Assembly: GCA_038880255.1 (NCBI GenBank)
Contig: JAVZSA010000001.1
Location: forward strand, 788 to 64,787
DNA length: 64,000 bases
DNA from: Thermoplasmata archaeon
GTDB taxonomy: Archaea > Thermoplasmatota > Thermoplasmata > Thermoplasmatales > ARK-15
Reading direction: 5' to 3'
The translations under genes and the position numbers were made by a program. The notes under the pieces were generated by a model. It was not told the origin of the DNA. It saw nothing but the letters and a program-made list of their open reading frames with translations, and searched no databases. Below, piece after piece: positions 9,134-21,092 of this stretch. Each line of letters begins with the position of its first letter. The stretch's first letter is position 1.

Positions 9134-11065
9134 ATGATGGATATAGCTGAAGAGCTTGCAAAAAAACAAAAACAAATTTCAATTGCAGAATTCTTCGAAA
9201 AAAATAAACAAATTTTGGGTTTTGATTCACCACAAAAATCGTTGGTGATGGCGGTAAAGGAGGCTGTTGACAATTCACTTGATGCTTGCGAGGAAGCTCG
9301 AATACTTCCTGAAATCTATGTTGATATAAAAAGGGTGGATAAGGATGAATATCAACTTACTGTAGAAGATAATGGTCCTGGAATAATTAGAAAAGAAGTT
9401 TCAAAGGTATTTGGCCAATTTTTATATGGTTCAAGATTTCATACTGTGAGACAGAGTAGGGGCCAACAGGGTATTGGTATATCCGCCGTAGTATTATATT
9501 CACAACTCACCACAGGTAAGCCAACAAGGATTACATCAAAAATTGCTACAGAGGATGTTGGTTATTATTTTGAACTATTTATAGACACAAATAAAAATAT
9601 GGCAAATGTATTGAAGGAGGAACCTGTTATAATTGATAAAAAAAGTGGTGTAAAGATACAGGTAAATCTAAAGGGTAAGTATGTAAAAGGAAAACAAAGT
9701 GTTTTAGATTATCTTCAAAATACTGCAATTGTAAATCCACATGCGACCATAATATTTAGTGATCCAGATGGTATGAAGTTAAGATTTGAAAGGGCATGGG
9801 ACAAACCAATTGAACCACCAAAAGAAACAAAACCACATCCATTAGGTGTTGAAATTGGCGAATTAATGCATATGTGTTCTAAAACATCTGCAAAAAAATT
9901 AAAAACATTTCTTACAAATGAATTTAGTAGAATAAGCGATCATTTAGCTTTGGAGATATGCAAAATTTCAGGTATTAGTTGTGAAAGTGATCCTCATAAA
10001 TTGTCCTTGGATGAAATCAAAAAGATACAAGAATCCTTTAAAAAAGTAAAAATACTTCCTCCTTCCTTTGAATCTCTTTCACCCATTGGTGAAACATTAA
10101 TTAAGAAGGGATTAAAAAATGTATTAGGGGAATTAAAACCATCGTTCTATTCCATACCTATAACAAGAAAACCGTCAGTTTATTCTGGTAATCCATTTGT
10201 TGTTGAAGTAGGTTTAGTTTATGGTGGTTCAATACCCCATGATGAGCAGGTGAAAGTACTAAGATTTGCAAACAGAGTACCCTTATTATATCAAGCAGGT
10301 TCCTGTGCTCTTACAAAGGCAGTTGAAAATATTGATTGGAGAAAATATGGTTTGGAGCAGAGGGGGGGTGAAGGTCTTCCAATTGGCCCTATGATAATCC
10401 TCATACATCTTGGATCAACAAGGATACCATATACATCTGAGGCAAAAGAGGCAGTAGCAGAAATACCTGAAATAATGAATGAACTTGATTTAGCGTTAAA
10501 AGAATCTGCAAGACAGATTAAGGCTTTCCTTATAAAAAGAGAAGTAAAGGAAAAATTAACTGAGAAATTTTTCCTTGTTCAGAAAATATTACCAAAGATT
10601 GCAGAAAAAAGTTCAAAATTGTTGAATAAAGAAATACCAAAATTGGATCCTGTAATTACAAAAATAATGAATGTACTTTGGATAGAAGAGAATGTAGTTC
10701 AAAATGGTTCAAATGCAAAAATTCAGGTAAATGTTTCAAATTTTACCCCTGAAGAGAAGAGTTTTAAATTATATGCAGATTTGCCAGATGGTAAATTATT
10801 TGGAAAAATAGATCCATTTGGTGAATATGATCAAAATGAGGATTACATAATATGGAATGTGGAAAAATTAAGGCCAATGGAGAAACTAATTTTTACTTTT
10901 TCCCTCACTGATCTTAAGGGTGAATATGGAGAAACTGTATTTTACATTGAAGGTACAGATCCTGTACATGTTGTTGGGGCTGAACCACTACCAGGAGACT
11001 GGAATATTGATGCATTAAAATCTATTATTGAGGAAGAGGAGGAAGAAGAAAATGGAGAAGAGTAG
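9134..11065 (+). CDS. top6B: DNA topoisomerase VI subunit B
   Basis: Bergerat ATP-binding fold motifs ([21 protein letters not shown]). It lies immediately upstream of the Spo11-like subunit and has an acidic C-terminal tail. Confidence 0.9.
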   Translation: MMDIAEELAKKQKQISIAEFFEKNKQILGFDSPQKSLVMAVKEAVDNSLDACEEARILPEIYVDIKRVDKDEYQLTVEDNGPGIIRKEVSKVFGQFLYGSRFHTVRQSRGQQGIGISAVVLYSQLTTGKPTRITSKIATEDVGYYFELFIDTNKNMANVLKEEPVIIDKKSGVKIQVNLKGKYVKGKQSVLDYLQNTAIVNPHATIIFSDPDGMKLRFERAWDKPIEPPKETKPHPLGVEIGELMHMCSKTSAKKLKTFLTNEFSRISDHLALEICKISGISCESDPHKLSLDEIKKIQESFKKVKILPPSFESLSPIGETLIKKGLKNVLGELKPSFYSIPITRKPSVYSGNPFVVEVGLVYGGSIPHDEQVKVLRFANRVPLLYQAGSCALTKAVENIDWRKYGLEQRGGEGLPIGPMIILIHLGSTRIPYTSEAKEAVAEIPEIMNELDLALKESARQIKAFLIKREVKEKLTEKFFLVQKILPKIAEKSSKLLNKEIPKLDPVITKIMNVLWIEENVVQNGSNAKIQVNVSNFTPEEKSFKLYADLPDGKLFGKIDPFGEYDQNEDYIIWNVEKLRPMEKLIFTFSLTDLKGEYGETVFYIEGTDPVHVVGAEPLPGDWNIDALKSIIEEEEEEENGEE

Positions 11066-12143
11066 ATATGAAAAGGCATTAGAATCATTAAAAAATATTG
11101 TTGAGAAAATATACGGAGATCTTTATAATGGAGAAATACCAACAATGGAACTACCTGCTAGAACCAAATATAACATAGAACTTGATTTACAAAAGGGTGT
11201 ATGGAAATATGGTAATGCAAAGATAACAAGATCAGCAAAAAAGATTGATGGTGCTTATACACTTTTAAGGACAATGTATATGATGGATTTTATAAGAGAA
11301 ATGATAGAACAGAGCAAATCATCAACACTTAGGGAACTTTATTATATTTCTGAGGGTTGGGATTTGGCAAAATTTCATACACAAGATGAATCAAATAGAT
11401 TAGCTGAAGATCTTGAGATTGTTACTAAATTCCTTAGAGAGGATTTTAAGCTTAGGCCAGAGGAGGATGGTGCGACAGTAATTGGTAATATAACCTTTGA
11501 GGAAATAAATAGGAAGGGTTTACCAAAGAAAATAAATTGTAGAGATGATGTGGGAGATGCTGGTTATGCAATACCCTATAATGTTGAAAAAGATAAGTTA
11601 AAGATATATGATTATGATGCCGATTTCGTTCTTGCGATTGAAACTGGAGGTATGTTTGATAGACTTGTTGAGAATGGATATGATGAAAAAGCAAGAGCAA
11701 TTCTAGTTCATTTAAAGGGACAACCAGCAAGGAGTACAAGAAGGCTTCTTAAAAGATTAAATGAAGAATTAAACCTTCCTGTTCTTGTTTTCACAGATGG
11801 GGATCCATGGTCATTTAGAATCTATGCAAGTGTTGCATATGGAGCAATAAAGACAGCGCATCTTTCAGAATATCTTGCCACCCCAACTGCTGAGTTTATT
11901 GGAATAACAGCAAGTGACATTGTTAATTATGAATTACCGACGGATAAATTGAATGAAAAGGATATAGCAGCTCTAAATGCTGAATTAACAGATCCTAGAT
12001 TTAATACACAGTTTTGGAAAAATGAAATAGAATTAATGCTTAAGCTTGGGAAAAAGGCAGAACAACAGGCCTTAGCAAAATACGGTTTAAACTATGTAAC
12101 TGATGTTTATTTACCAGATAAGGTATCGGAGTTAGGTCTATGA
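11052..12143 (+). CDS. top6A: DNA topoisomerase VI subunit A (Spo11 homologue)
   Basis: Toprim region ([26 protein letters not shown]) and a Spo11-like 5Y-CAP region (RELYYIS). I prefer the ATG at 11052 (MEKSRYE) over the ORF-track start at 11028, which lies in the acidic tail of top6B. Confidence 0.88.
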   Translation: MEKSRYEKALESLKNIVEKIYGDLYNGEIPTMELPARTKYNIELDLQKGVWKYGNAKITRSAKKIDGAYTLLRTMYMMDFIREMIEQSKSSTLRELYYISEGWDLAKFHTQDESNRLAEDLEIVTKFLREDFKLRPEEDGATVIGNITFEEINRKGLPKKINCRDDVGDAGYAIPYNVEKDKLKIYDYDADFVLAIETGGMFDRLVENGYDEKARAILVHLKGQPARSTRRLLKRLNEELNLPVLVFTDGDPWSFRIYASVAYGAIKTAHLSEYLATPTAEFIGITASDIVNYELPTDKLNEKDIAALNAELTDPRFNTQFWKNEIELMLKLGKKAEQQALAKYGLNYVTDVYLPDKVSELGL

Positions 12144-13921
12144 AGGAATTACTCACATCACCAGACATTCATTCCTGGATAAGTGCAAATTCCCAATTCA
12201 TAGTAGGTTCCTTTGTAAAAAAAATTGCACTGGATCAAGTTTTAGTTATAAGGCTACACAATAAGGAGTTTGGCAACAGGGATTTATACCTAGATAGAGA
12301 AGGCCTCATATATTTTGGTGAAAAAAAAGAAATGGAAATTAAAGGAATTTCTAAATTTCTTATGGAAGAATTTGAAAATTTAAAGATAGAATCAATAGAA
12401 CAACCCAATTTTGATAGAATAGTCAAAATAAACTTTTTTGGTAGGAAAAGCATAGTATTTGAAATGTTTGGGAAAGGAAATATAATCTTTACAAAGGAAA
12501 ACAAAATAATTTTTGCCCTTGAGTACAAAGAATGGAAAACAAGGAAGATAAAAAAAGATGAAGAATATGTTTTACCACCTTCACCAATTAATCCCTTAAA
12601 AATGGATTACGAATCATTTTCAAAATCCTTTGAGGGTAGTAAAGATATAGTTGTATTTCTTGCAACAAAATTTAATTTGAGTCATTATGCTGAACATATT
12701 TGTTCAACTTTGAATATACCAAAGGAAAAAAAGATCTATGAGTTAAATGAAGAAGAAAAAACTTCCATATTTGAGGCAATTAAAAAATTTTTATTTTCAA
12801 TAGATGGAAAAGGTTATTTTTGCAATGGAAAAATAATGTGCATTAAAATTGGTGAATGTGAAGAGTTCCAAAATATTAATGATGCAATTTTAAGATTTTT
12901 AGAAGGAAAAATAGAGGAAAATGAGGAAAAAAGAATTGAAAAGGAACAGAGAAAAAAACTTGAAGAATACAAAGAAAAAGCGTTGGAGTATAGAAAAATT
13001 GCCGATGAAATTATTGGAAAAATAGATTTATACAATTCAATCTTTGATAAATTAAGAAGAAAAGAGAAGATAAATGAATTAATCTCTATTGATGGTAAGA
13101 TTGCAAAGATAAAAATAGATGAAAATTCGCCAATATTGGAAGTTGATTTTACCAAAAAGCCAAGTGAAATTGCCCAATTTTATTATTCTGAAGCAAAAAA
13201 GCTTGAGGAAAAAATCAATAGTATAATTAACATCGTAGGGAAAATAAAAAAGAAAAAAGTGGAGGAAAAAAAGGTAATTGAAAGAAAAAGGTTCTGGTTT
13301 GAAAAATATAGATGGTTTATTTCTTCAGAAGGAATACTTGTTTTAGCTGGAAGAGATGCAAAAACAAATGAGGAGGTGGTGAAAAAATATCTTGGTGAGA
13401 AGGATTATTATGTTCATGCTGATGTTCATGGTGCACCAAGTGTTGTTGTAAAGGATACAAAGGTTTCTGAAAAAACATTAATTGAAGCAGGTATATTTGG
13501 GCTTTGTCATTCAAAGGTTTGGAGTTCAGGTTATTTGGTAGGTGATGCATATTGGGTAACATTTTCACAGGTAAGTAAGATGGCAGAAAGTGGTGAATAT
13601 GTAGCAAAAGGTGCTTGGGTGATTAGAGGAAAAAGAAATTATATGAGAAATTTGAAGCTTGAAATTGGTGTTGGAAAAATAAAATATGAAAATGTTGATT
13701 TATTAATGGCAGGACCTATTGATGCAATTAAAAGTAAAACATCTAAATATTTGGTAATAATTCCAGGAGAAACTAAAAAGGAAGAACTGGCAAAGATCAT
13801 TTCTGAAAAATTTAACTGGCCCTTGGATGATGTGATGGCAATACTTCCACCAGGTTCAGGTAAAATAATGGAGGATAAAAATGAAGAGACCGTTGAGCAT
13901 AGTAATAACTGTGAAAAATGA
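12140..13921 (+). CDS. NFACT-family protein (RqcH/Rqc2/FbpA homologue, ribosome quality control)
   Basis: NFACT-N-like N-terminus, a long coiled coil and a DUF814/NFACT-R block ([15 protein letters not shown]). Confidence 0.75.
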   Translation: MKELLTSPDIHSWISANSQFIVGSFVKKIALDQVLVIRLHNKEFGNRDLYLDREGLIYFGEKKEMEIKGISKFLMEEFENLKIESIEQPNFDRIVKINFFGRKSIVFEMFGKGNIIFTKENKIIFALEYKEWKTRKIKKDEEYVLPPSPINPLKMDYESFSKSFEGSKDIVVFLATKFNLSHYAEHICSTLNIPKEKKIYELNEEEKTSIFEAIKKFLFSIDGKGYFCNGKIMCIKIGECEEFQNINDAILRFLEGKIEENEEKRIEKEQRKKLEEYKEKALEYRKIADEIIGKIDLYNSIFDKLRRKEKINELISIDGKIAKIKIDENSPILEVDFTKKPSEIAQFYYSEAKKLEEKINSIINIVGKIKKKKVEEKKVIERKRFWFEKYRWFISSEGILVLAGRDAKTNEEVVKKYLGEKDYYVHADVHGAPSVVVKDTKVSEKTLIEAGIFGLCHSKVWSSGYLVGDAYWVTFSQVSKMAESGEYVAKGAWVIRGKRNYMRNLKLEIGVGKIKYENVDLLMAGPIDAIKSKTSKYLVIIPGETKKEELAKIISEKFNWPLDDVMAILPPGSGKIMEDKNEETVEHSNNCEK

Positions 13922-14654
13922 GGAGGAGCATATTGGCGAACTTCTTGATTCACTTTGTTTACAGGAAGGTCCTTTTGAGGTGGTTATTGTTGATGCTGAA
14001 AGTACAGACAATACAATAAAAATTATTGAATCATATAAGGAAAAATTAAACATAAAATTGATAGTTAAAAAGAGTACAAGAGGTGGTGGTAGAAATATTG
14101 GTGTAAAAAATTCATCTTATGATTATGTTGTTTTTACTGATGGTGATATAATTGTTTCAAAAAATTGGCTTGAGGAAATGAGGAAATTCATAGATATGGG
14201 GAATGATGTAGTGGCTGGTAAAACTTTGTATGTGGGGAATGAAAAATTTTCTCTAGAAAGAGTAGAATTAATCTATATGGGTTACGATGTTACATTTCCA
14301 TCATGTAATCTTGCCTATAGGAAGGAACTATTTTTAAAAATTGGCGGTTTTGATGAATCTTTAATCACGGCAGAGGACATAGACTTGAATATGAGAGCAA
14401 TTATGGCAGGAGCAAAATTTGCTTATAATGAAAACGCCATTGTTTACCATAAAACAAGAGATGATCTCATATCATTCCTTAAACAGGCATTTTGGAATGG
14501 TTATGGGAGAGCACAGCTATCATCGAAACATGGAAAACTTTGGAAACAGCATTCCATAAAAAATGCATTAATAGGCCAAAGAATAAGTTTTTATGGTATT
14601 GCCCGTTTAACATTCGCATTAATTGGTTACCTCAATGCTAAGGTGGTAAAGTGA
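13881..14654 (+). CDS. Glycosyltransferase family 2
   Basis: [11 protein letters not shown]...VVIVDAESTDNT...FTDGD, followed by AEDIDL (a DxD/ED motif pattern). Confidence 0.8.
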   Translation: MKRPLSIVITVKNEEEHIGELLDSLCLQEGPFEVVIVDAESTDNTIKIIESYKEKLNIKLIVKKSTRGGGRNIGVKNSSYDYVVFTDGDIIVSKNWLEEMRKFIDMGNDVVAGKTLYVGNEKFSLERVELIYMGYDVTFPSCNLAYRKELFLKIGGFDESLITAEDIDLNMRAIMAGAKFAYNENAIVYHKTRDDLISFLKQAFWNGYGRAQLSSKHGKLWKQHSIKNALIGQRISFYGIARLTFALIGYLNAKVVK

Positions 14655-15349
14655 TTTCTGATAATTTAAGGTTATCGATCGTAATACCCACGATGAATGA
14701 AGAAAAATCTATTGGTAAGGTAATTGAAAGAATAAAAAATTCTGTGAAATATGATTATGAAATAATAATTGTTGATAGTAGTACGGACAATACCCCATTA
14801 ATTGCTGAATCTATGGGCGCAAGAGTAATTAAAGAAAAAAGAAAGGGTTATGGTAGGGCATATAAAACGGGATTTTTAAACGCTACTGGAAATATTATTG
14901 CAACAATGGATGGGGACAATACATATCCACCTGAGGAAATAAACAAGGGAGTAGAGGAAATTTTAAAAGGTTATGATTTCATATCCTTTGAAAGGATATC
15001 ACTTTTACCCAAGGATACTATGTTGAAAGCTCATAGATTAGGAAATTTTATATTGAATTTGGCAGTATTAACGCTATTTTTTATTAAAATGAAGGATTCA
15101 CAAAGTGGTATGTGGGTTTTTAAAAAGGAATTAATTAAAAAGTTTCAAGTATGTTCTAATGGAATGGGTTTTTCGGAAGAATTGAAAATAAGGGCATTTT
15201 ATAATGGGAAATTTAGGGAAATACCAATAGTTTATGGCATGAGAGAGGGTGAAAAGAAATTACAAACATTTAAAGATGGAATAAAAAATTTATTACACCT
15301 TATAAAAATTAGATTTTCCAAGTGTCAGAAAAAAATTAAAGATTGGTAG
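14651..15349 (+). CDS. Glycosyltransferase family 2 (dolichyl-phosphate sugar synthase-like)
   Basis: LSIVIPTMNEE...IIIVDSSTDNT...GYGRAYKTG...MDGDNTY. There is a 4-nt overlap with the preceding GT2 gene. Confidence 0.8.
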   Translation: MISDNLRLSIVIPTMNEEKSIGKVIERIKNSVKYDYEIIIVDSSTDNTPLIAESMGARVIKEKRKGYGRAYKTGFLNATGNIIATMDGDNTYPPEEINKGVEEILKGYDFISFERISLLPKDTMLKAHRLGNFILNLAVLTLFFIKMKDSQSGMWVFKKELIKKFQVCSNGMGFSEELKIRAFYNGKFREIPIVYGMREGEKKLQTFKDGIKNLLHLIKIRFSKCQKKIKDW

Positions 15350-15384
15350 AAAATGTTTTAATTCATTTTTTCATTAAGATAATT

Positions 15385-16860
15385 ATGAGGGCAATAATTT
15401 CAGTATCTGACAAGACTGGACTTTGTGAATTTGTAAATTACCTTCTTAAATATGGTTTTGAAATCTTCGCAACTACGGGCACAAAAAAATATCTTCAATC
15501 GAATGGTATAAATGTAAATGGTGTGGAAGAGTTATCTGGATTTTCCGAGATTTTATCTGGAAGAGTCAAAACATTGCATCCAAGTATTTTTGGTGGAATA
15601 CTTGCAAAGGTAGAACAACTCCCAGAGTTGGAGGTCTTGGGTATAAAAAGTATTGATATGGTAGTGGTAAATCTATATCCTTTTGAAAAAACTGAAAGTG
15701 TAGAGGAAAAGCTATTGGAAAATATAGATATTGGTGGTGTTGCCTTAATTAGAGCCGCGGCTAAAAATTATCATAGAGTGACTGTAATAGTGGATCCTTT
15801 AGATTATGAAATAATAAAAAAGGAACTTGAGGAAAAGGGAGAAATTTCATTTGAAACAAGGAGGAAGATGGCAATAAAGGCTTTTTACATTACTTCAAGG
15901 TACGATTCAATAATCATGAATAAATTATGGAATCTTCATTATAAAGGTCTCCCACCCTATTTCTCTATTGCGGGAACAGAGGCAATAAAATTAAGATATG
16001 GTGAAAATCCACATCAGGTGGGAAAATTTTATTCCACATTTTCATTACCTTGGGAATTAATTCAAGGAAAGGAAATATCCTACAATAATATATTAGATAT
16101 GGAAGCGGCTTGGTTGCTTGTCAATGAATTTGATAGACCTGCTGTGGCCATAATAAAACACAATAATCCTTGTGGTGTAGCTATATCTTCCAACATTAAT
16201 GAATCCTATATTATGGCCTATGAAGCGGATAAAATAAGTGCCTATGGTGGAATAATTGGATTAAATAGACCATTAGAAATTGATTTTGCACAAAGATTGA
16301 GAGGTGTATTCTACGAACTTATTGTTGCCCCAGATTTTTCAAAGGAAGCATTAGAATTCTTTTCAAAATATAAAAAGGATATGAGAGTGGTAAAATTTTA
16401 TGGTGAACTTTCAAGAATTAGTGTAAGAAGTTCATCTGGTGGTTATTTGGTTCAAGACACTATAAATGAAAACTTTGAAATAAAATATGTAACAAAAAGA
16501 AGACCAAGTGACAAGGAAATGGAAGATTTATTGTTTGCATGGAAGGTAGTAAAACACGTAAGAAGTAATGCAATTGTAATAGCTAAAAATGGTGTTAGTG
16601 TAGGGATTGGCGCTGGACAAATGAGTAGGATAGATGCAGTAAAGGTAGCAGTAATGAAAGCAGGTGAAAGAAGTAAGGGAGCAGTTCTTGCATCCGACGC
16701 ATTTTTCCCATTCTCTGATGATATTGAAGAAGCGGCAAGTGCAGGTATTAGTGCGATTATCCAGCCAGGTGGTTCAAAGAGGGATGAGGAAGTAATAAGG
16801 GCAGCTGAAAAATATGATATAGCTATGGTATTTACTGGAATAAGGGTGTTCAAACATTAA
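15385..16860 (+). CDS. purH: Bifunctional AICAR transformylase / IMP cyclohydrolase
   Basis: MGS-like N-terminus (RAIISVSDKTGL, GGILA) and the AICARFT domain (YGENPHQ, IIKHNNPCGVA, SDAFFPF). The start is placed at MRAIIS (15385). The ORF-track start is 15343. Confidence 0.88.
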   Translation: MRAIISVSDKTGLCEFVNYLLKYGFEIFATTGTKKYLQSNGINVNGVEELSGFSEILSGRVKTLHPSIFGGILAKVEQLPELEVLGIKSIDMVVVNLYPFEKTESVEEKLLENIDIGGVALIRAAAKNYHRVTVIVDPLDYEIIKKELEEKGEISFETRRKMAIKAFYITSRYDSIIMNKLWNLHYKGLPPYFSIAGTEAIKLRYGENPHQVGKFYSTFSLPWELIQGKEISYNNILDMEAAWLLVNEFDRPAVAIIKHNNPCGVAISSNINESYIMAYEADKISAYGGIIGLNRPLEIDFAQRLRGVFYELIVAPDFSKEALEFFSKYKKDMRVVKFYGELSRISVRSSSGGYLVQDTINENFEIKYVTKRRPSDKEMEDLLFAWKVVKHVRSNAIVIAKNGVSVGIGAGQMSRIDAVKVAVMKAGERSKGAVLASDAFFPFSDDIEEAASAGISAIIQPGGSKRDEEVIRAAEKYDIAMVFTGIRVFKH

Positions 16861-16861
16861 G

Positions 16862-17428
16862 GTGAGTTTTATGGATATTATTGATGAAATAATAGAAACC
16901 GGGAAAAAATTGATGAGTTTCAATATGGTGGAATCATCCCATAGCGGTAATATTAGTGCTAGAGTAGGGGATTATATGTATATAAAAAAGCATGGGAAAA
17001 TGGTGGGTTTTTTGGAAAGATCGGATATAATGAAGCTTGATTTAAAAAGTGAAGAGGGATATGAAGGTGCATCAGTGGAAGTTTATGCACATAAAAACAT
17101 ATACCTTAACACAGATGCTAAGGCAATAATCCATGCACATACACCCTACGCAATAGTTATGTCAATTTTAATGGATAGGATTGAACCTGTTGATGAGGAG
17201 GGTAAGTTTTATCTTGAATATATTCCAATAATAAAGGCTGAGAGAGCGGTGGCATCAATGGAAATAGCTGAGAAATTAGGAGAGGTATTAAGGGATAATA
17301 TGGTAGCTGTGGTAAGCGGCCATGGTACATTCGCCAGAGGGGAAAATCTTGAAGAGGCTCTGAAATATCTTACCTTGTGTGAAAGTATATCCCACATTTC
17401 ATACCTTTTCCATCTTTACAAACGTTGA
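16862..17428 (+). CDS. Class II aldolase/adducin-family protein
   Basis: SHSGNISAR and HAHTPYA motifs are typical of the fuculose-phosphate aldolase / MtnB fold. Confidence 0.7.
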   Translation: MSFMDIIDEIIETGKKLMSFNMVESSHSGNISARVGDYMYIKKHGKMVGFLERSDIMKLDLKSEEGYEGASVEVYAHKNIYLNTDAKAIIHAHTPYAIVMSILMDRIEPVDEEGKFYLEYIPIIKAERAVASMEIAEKLGEVLRDNMVAVVSGHGTFARGENLEEALKYLTLCESISHISYLFHLYKR

Positions 17429-19246
17429 ATTTAAGGTAGTGCACATTGCATACTCTTGAATTTGATCACTTGTAAGGAAATTTACATTCCATCCATATAT
17501 TGATGGCCAACTACCTTTATAAATTACTAAAATACCATTTCCCACAGAATTATCTCCTTTTACATTTGTATATATTTCACCAAATTCATTATAAATTTTT
17601 ACCCTATCACCCTCCCTTAGTTCCAATTTTTTCATATCCTCTATTGAAACATGGACGTAAGTATCATAATCATAGTAGTTATTGTGTTGACCACTCACAC
17701 CCTGAATGCTTGTAGGACTAAGTAATCTAAAATATCCTTCCTTTTCCGGAATTTTAAAATTTCTTATTTCATCTAAAAATCCATCCAATCTGATATTTAT
17801 TTTATTGTTAATTCTCTGTATCTTTGCAAAACCTTTATTGAAAAGATCTTCTCTTTTTATAGAACTCTGCTTTATAATCTTATCAATTATTGAATCCACA
17901 CTTTCATATAATGAAGGTTCTTTCAAATCCATTTTTTCAGCAAGCTTCACAAAAAGATCGTGGTTTGAAATTGATTCCCCAATGGGTTTTAACAAACCTT
18001 CATTTAAATTTATATAATCATGATAATAAGAATCAACAAGATCTCTGGTCTCAAAAAAGCTTGTTGCAGGAATAATCACATCTGCATAAAGTGCTGTATC
18101 AGTAAGGAAAAGATCATGAACAACTATAAAAAGATCCTTCTTAATTAATACATTCCTTAATAGATTTTGATTTGGTAATGAAATCAATGGATTTGTATTA
18201 TAAATGAAAAGAAATTTAATGTTTTTTTCTAAAAGTTCACGTCCTAAATTTGCAAAATTTATAATTTGTGTATCTTTTCCTTTACCCTCTAAATATTCAT
18301 AATCTATGATGTGTTTCGCATCATAAATAAAATTTTTTTCTTGACCAAATAAATACAATAAGTATCCTATTAACTTAATGGTAAGGCCACCATTAATATT
18401 CCTTTGAAATCCATAGCCCATTTGAATTGAAAATGGTTTCAGTTGTATAAGATCGGAAACAAAATTGTTTATGACATTTTTATTTACTCCGACTATTTTT
18501 TCCAAATCATCAGATTTATATTTTTTTACAACTTCATCCATAATTCCTATATTCAATCCCAATTCCTTCATTCTGTTTAAAATTAAATAAATCAAGAAAA
18601 TATCTGTACCAGGCTTAATTCTTATATGTTCATTTGCTCCCCTAGCACTTTCCGTTATCAAGGGGTCAATTACATATATTTTGGCCTTTGAAACCTTTGC
18701 CAATTTCCATCCATGTACATTCGTCCATGCAGGATTCATTCCCCAATATATAATCATCCTCATATCTTTTAAATTTTCAGGATCCATGCCTACAGAAGTG
18801 CCAAATAGCGATTTCAACGCTTTGCTACCTGCTTCATCACACAATGAATGATTTAGTTTTGAAGAGCCTATAAAATTAAAAAATCTTCTAGGAAAATAAT
18901 AGGAAATTAGACCTCTATTACCAGCATATTCAACGGGTAAAATACTACTTGCCCCATATTTTTCAATTGTTTCCTTCATTTTTTTAGAAACTATTTCTAT
19001 GGCTTTTTCCAGATCAATTTCTTCAAATTCACCCTTTCCCCTTTCACCTTTTCTTAAGAGAGCTTTTTTAAGCCTTTTTCCTCCTAATTCAGCATCTACA
19101 AAAAATTTAGACTTATAGCATAAAAAACCTGATGTGATTGGATGCTCAGGGTTTCCCTTTATTGTTACATTTTGCCCTGATTTTGCAATTATGGAGCAAG
19201 AATCAAAACAATCCTTAGGACATGCTAAAAATACCATAATTATCAT
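17399..19246 (-). CDS. Molybdopterin (Mo/W-bisPGD) oxidoreductase family protein
   Basis: N-terminal Fe4S4 motif CPKDCFDSCS, MopB-like core and a C-terminal beta-barrel-like domain. Substrate unknown. The true start may be MVFLACP at 19234. Confidence 0.7.
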   Translation of the reverse strand: MIIMVFLACPKDCFDSCSIIAKSGQNVTIKGNPEHPITSGFLCYKSKFFVDAELGGKRLKKALLRKGERGKGEFEEIDLEKAIEIVSKKMKETIEKYGASSILPVEYAGNRGLISYYFPRRFFNFIGSSKLNHSLCDEAGSKALKSLFGTSVGMDPENLKDMRMIIYWGMNPAWTNVHGWKLAKVSKAKIYVIDPLITESARGANEHIRIKPGTDIFLIYLILNRMKELGLNIGIMDEVVKKYKSDDLEKIVGVNKNVINNFVSDLIQLKPFSIQMGYGFQRNINGGLTIKLIGYLLYLFGQEKNFIYDAKHIIDYEYLEGKGKDTQIINFANLGRELLEKNIKFLFIYNTNPLISLPNQNLLRNVLIKKDLFIVVHDLFLTDTALYADVIIPATSFFETRDLVDSYYHDYINLNEGLLKPIGESISNHDLFVKLAEKMDLKEPSLYESVDSIIDKIIKQSSIKREDLFNKGFAKIQRINNKINIRLDGFLDEIRNFKIPEKEGYFRLLSPTSIQGVSGQHNNYYDYDTYVHVSIEDMKKLELREGDRVKIYNEFGEIYTNVKGDNSVGNGILVIYKGSWPSIYGWNVNFLTSDQIQEYAMCTTLNSTFVKMEKV

Positions 19247-19418
19247 TTAAATCATCATCATTATAAATTTTTTTAAATTATATTTTTTAAAAAAATCCAT
19301 AGTTTAATTTCTAATTCCATTCTAAAATATTTTTTTTAAACTTTATCCAATATATTTGGTAAAAGTTGAATCATTTTGAGAAATATTTAAATATAACTGT
19401 AGTAATAAACGATGATTA

Positions 19419-19766
19419 ATGAACTGGGATAAATTGTTTAAAAATATTGGAAATGAACAAAAAAATATATTGATAAAGGTTCGAGTTAAATCGGGTCCAA
19501 TTAAGATTGAGAAGGAAATAAGGGATGTTTTGAAAAGTAAGGATTTTAATTATTTGATACATCATTGGTCTCCATATTCATCAACAGGGTTAATGGAAAT
19601 TGGAATTGGAAAATCCAAAGTATTTCTCGAATGGTATTCAGGAAATCAAGAAGGAATAATTTTATCACAAGAAATTGAAAAATATGATGTTTTTCAATTT
19701 GATGAATATATTTCCTCTGGAATTATTGAGAGTTCTGTTTTAAGATTAATGAGAGATCAATATTAG
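19419..19766 (+). CDS. Hypothetical protein
   Basis: 115-aa ORF flanked by AT-rich intergenic DNA. No family recognised. Confidence 0.4.
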   Translation: MNWDKLFKNIGNEQKNILIKVRVKSGPIKIEKEIRDVLKSKDFNYLIHHWSPYSSTGLMEIGIGKSKVFLEWYSGNQEGIILSQEIEKYDVFQFDEYISSGIIESSVLRLMRDQY

Positions 19767-19880
19767 ATTTTTCAATTTAAATTATTTTTAATATATTAAA
19801 AAAATTTAAAAAATTTTTTATATAGATATAGTAATATTATCTTAAAAAAGATTAATTAAGCTTAATGCAATACCGTTTCG

Positions 19881-21092
19881 GTGAGTTTGATGGATTTAGA
19901 TAAGAAATTTGCTGAAATAACAAAAAACTTGAAGGGATCAGCTGTTAGAGATCTTTTAAAATATGCTGATAGGCCAGAGGTAATATCCTTTGGTGGAGGG
20001 ATGCCAAATCCCTTATCATTTCCAATAAATGAGATAGGTGATATAATAAATTATATTTTGAGTAATTATGGTGAAAAGGCTCTCCAATATAGTTCCACAG
20101 ATGGTGTGGAAGAATTCAGAAATGAAGTTTCAAAACGTATTAATTCAAGGTATGGTTTTAATTCCACAAAGGGTGATATAATTTCTCTCAACGGAAGCCA
20201 GACAGGTCTTTATATGGTCTCAAAGATATTTTTGAACAGAGGTGATTATGTAATTAGTGAAGCACCCACATATGTAGGTGCAATTACGGCATTCAATGCT
20301 CAAGCTCCATTTTGGATCCCAGTGGATTTGGAAAATGATGGTATGAATATGCAAATGCTTGAAAATGGAATAAAAAAGGTAATTTCTGAGGGTAAAATAC
20401 CAAAATTCATATATGTAATACCTACATTTCAAAATCCTGCAGGAATAACTTGGTCAATTGATAAAAGAAAGGAATTGCTTGAAATATCTTCAAAATACGA
20501 TTTAATCATATTTGAGGATGATCCTTATGGCGAACTTAGATTCAATGGTGAGCATATTAAACCAATTAAAAGTTTTGATAGTGAAGGTAGGGTAATCTAT
20601 ATGGGTACATTCTCAAAGGTTCTTTCACCAGGGATTAGATTGGGTTTTATTTATGCTAATCAGGAAATAAATAAAAAACTGAATCTATTAAAACAGGGAG
20701 TTGATCTATGCACAAATACATTTTCGCAGTACCTTGCGGCTGAATATCTAAAGAGAGGAATAATAGATAAACAAATACCAAAAATAGTAAATTTGTACAA
20801 AAAGAAGAGAGATATAATGATTGAAGCTCTTGAAACCTATATGCCAGAGGGAACAGATTTTACAAGGCCTGATGGTGGAATGTTTCTTTGGGTAACGCTA
20901 AAAGGAAATATTGATACAGAAAAATTACTGAAGAAAGCACTGGAATTTAATGTTGCCTATGTTATAGGTTCTGCATTTTATCCCGACGGAAGAGGAAAAA
21001 ATTCAATGAGATTAAATTATACATTTTCAAAGGATGAGGATATAGTAGAGGGAATAAAAAGACTCTCAAAGGCAATCAAAGAATATCAATAA
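19881..21092 (+). CDS. PLP-dependent aminotransferase (class I/II, LysN/ARO8-like)
   Basis: Fold-type I pattern with the PLP lysine context GTFSKVLSPGIRLG, and length of 403 aa. Confidence 0.8.
   Translation: MSLMDLDKKFAEITKNLKGSAVRDLLKYADRPEVISFGGGMPNPLSFPINEIGDIINYILSNYGEKALQYSSTDGVEEFRNEVSKRINSRYGFNSTKGDIISLNGSQTGLYMVSKIFLNRGDYVISEAPTYVGAITAFNAQAPFWIPVDLENDGMNMQMLENGIKKVISEGKIPKFIYVIPTFQNPAGITWSIDKRKELLEISSKYDLIIFEDDPYGELRFNGEHIKPIKSFDSEGRVIYMGTFSKVLSPGIRLGFIYANQEINKKLNLLKQGVDLCTNTFSQYLAAEYLKRGIIDKQIPKIVNLYKKKRDIMIEALETYMPEGTDFTRPDGGMFLWVTLKGNIDTEKLLKKALEFNVAYVIGSAFYPDGRGKNSMRLNYTFSKDEDIVEGIKRLSKAIKEYQ

Noticed and set aside
11028-11051. The ORF-track start for top6A (MRKRRKKK...).
   Set aside because: These codons are the alternative-frame reading of the GAA/GAG acidic tail of top6B. 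The ATG at 11052 (MEKSRYE) gives a conventional short overlap.
16452-16853. Long antisense ORFs embedded in confidently assigned genes. Examples are 16452-16853 in purH, 57884-58276 and 57599-57823 in gyrA, 54850-55224 in gyrB, 8908-9273, 12235-13155 in the NFACT gene, 31859-32173 in the ACAD, and 26226-27053 in GGR.
   Set aside because: They are shadow ORFs opposite strongly supported coding frames. Their composition is low-complexity and rich in Ser, Ile, Phe and Leu, as expected from the reverse complement of Lys/Glu/Asn/Ile-rich coding sequence. None has a start-site signal or a recognisable motif.
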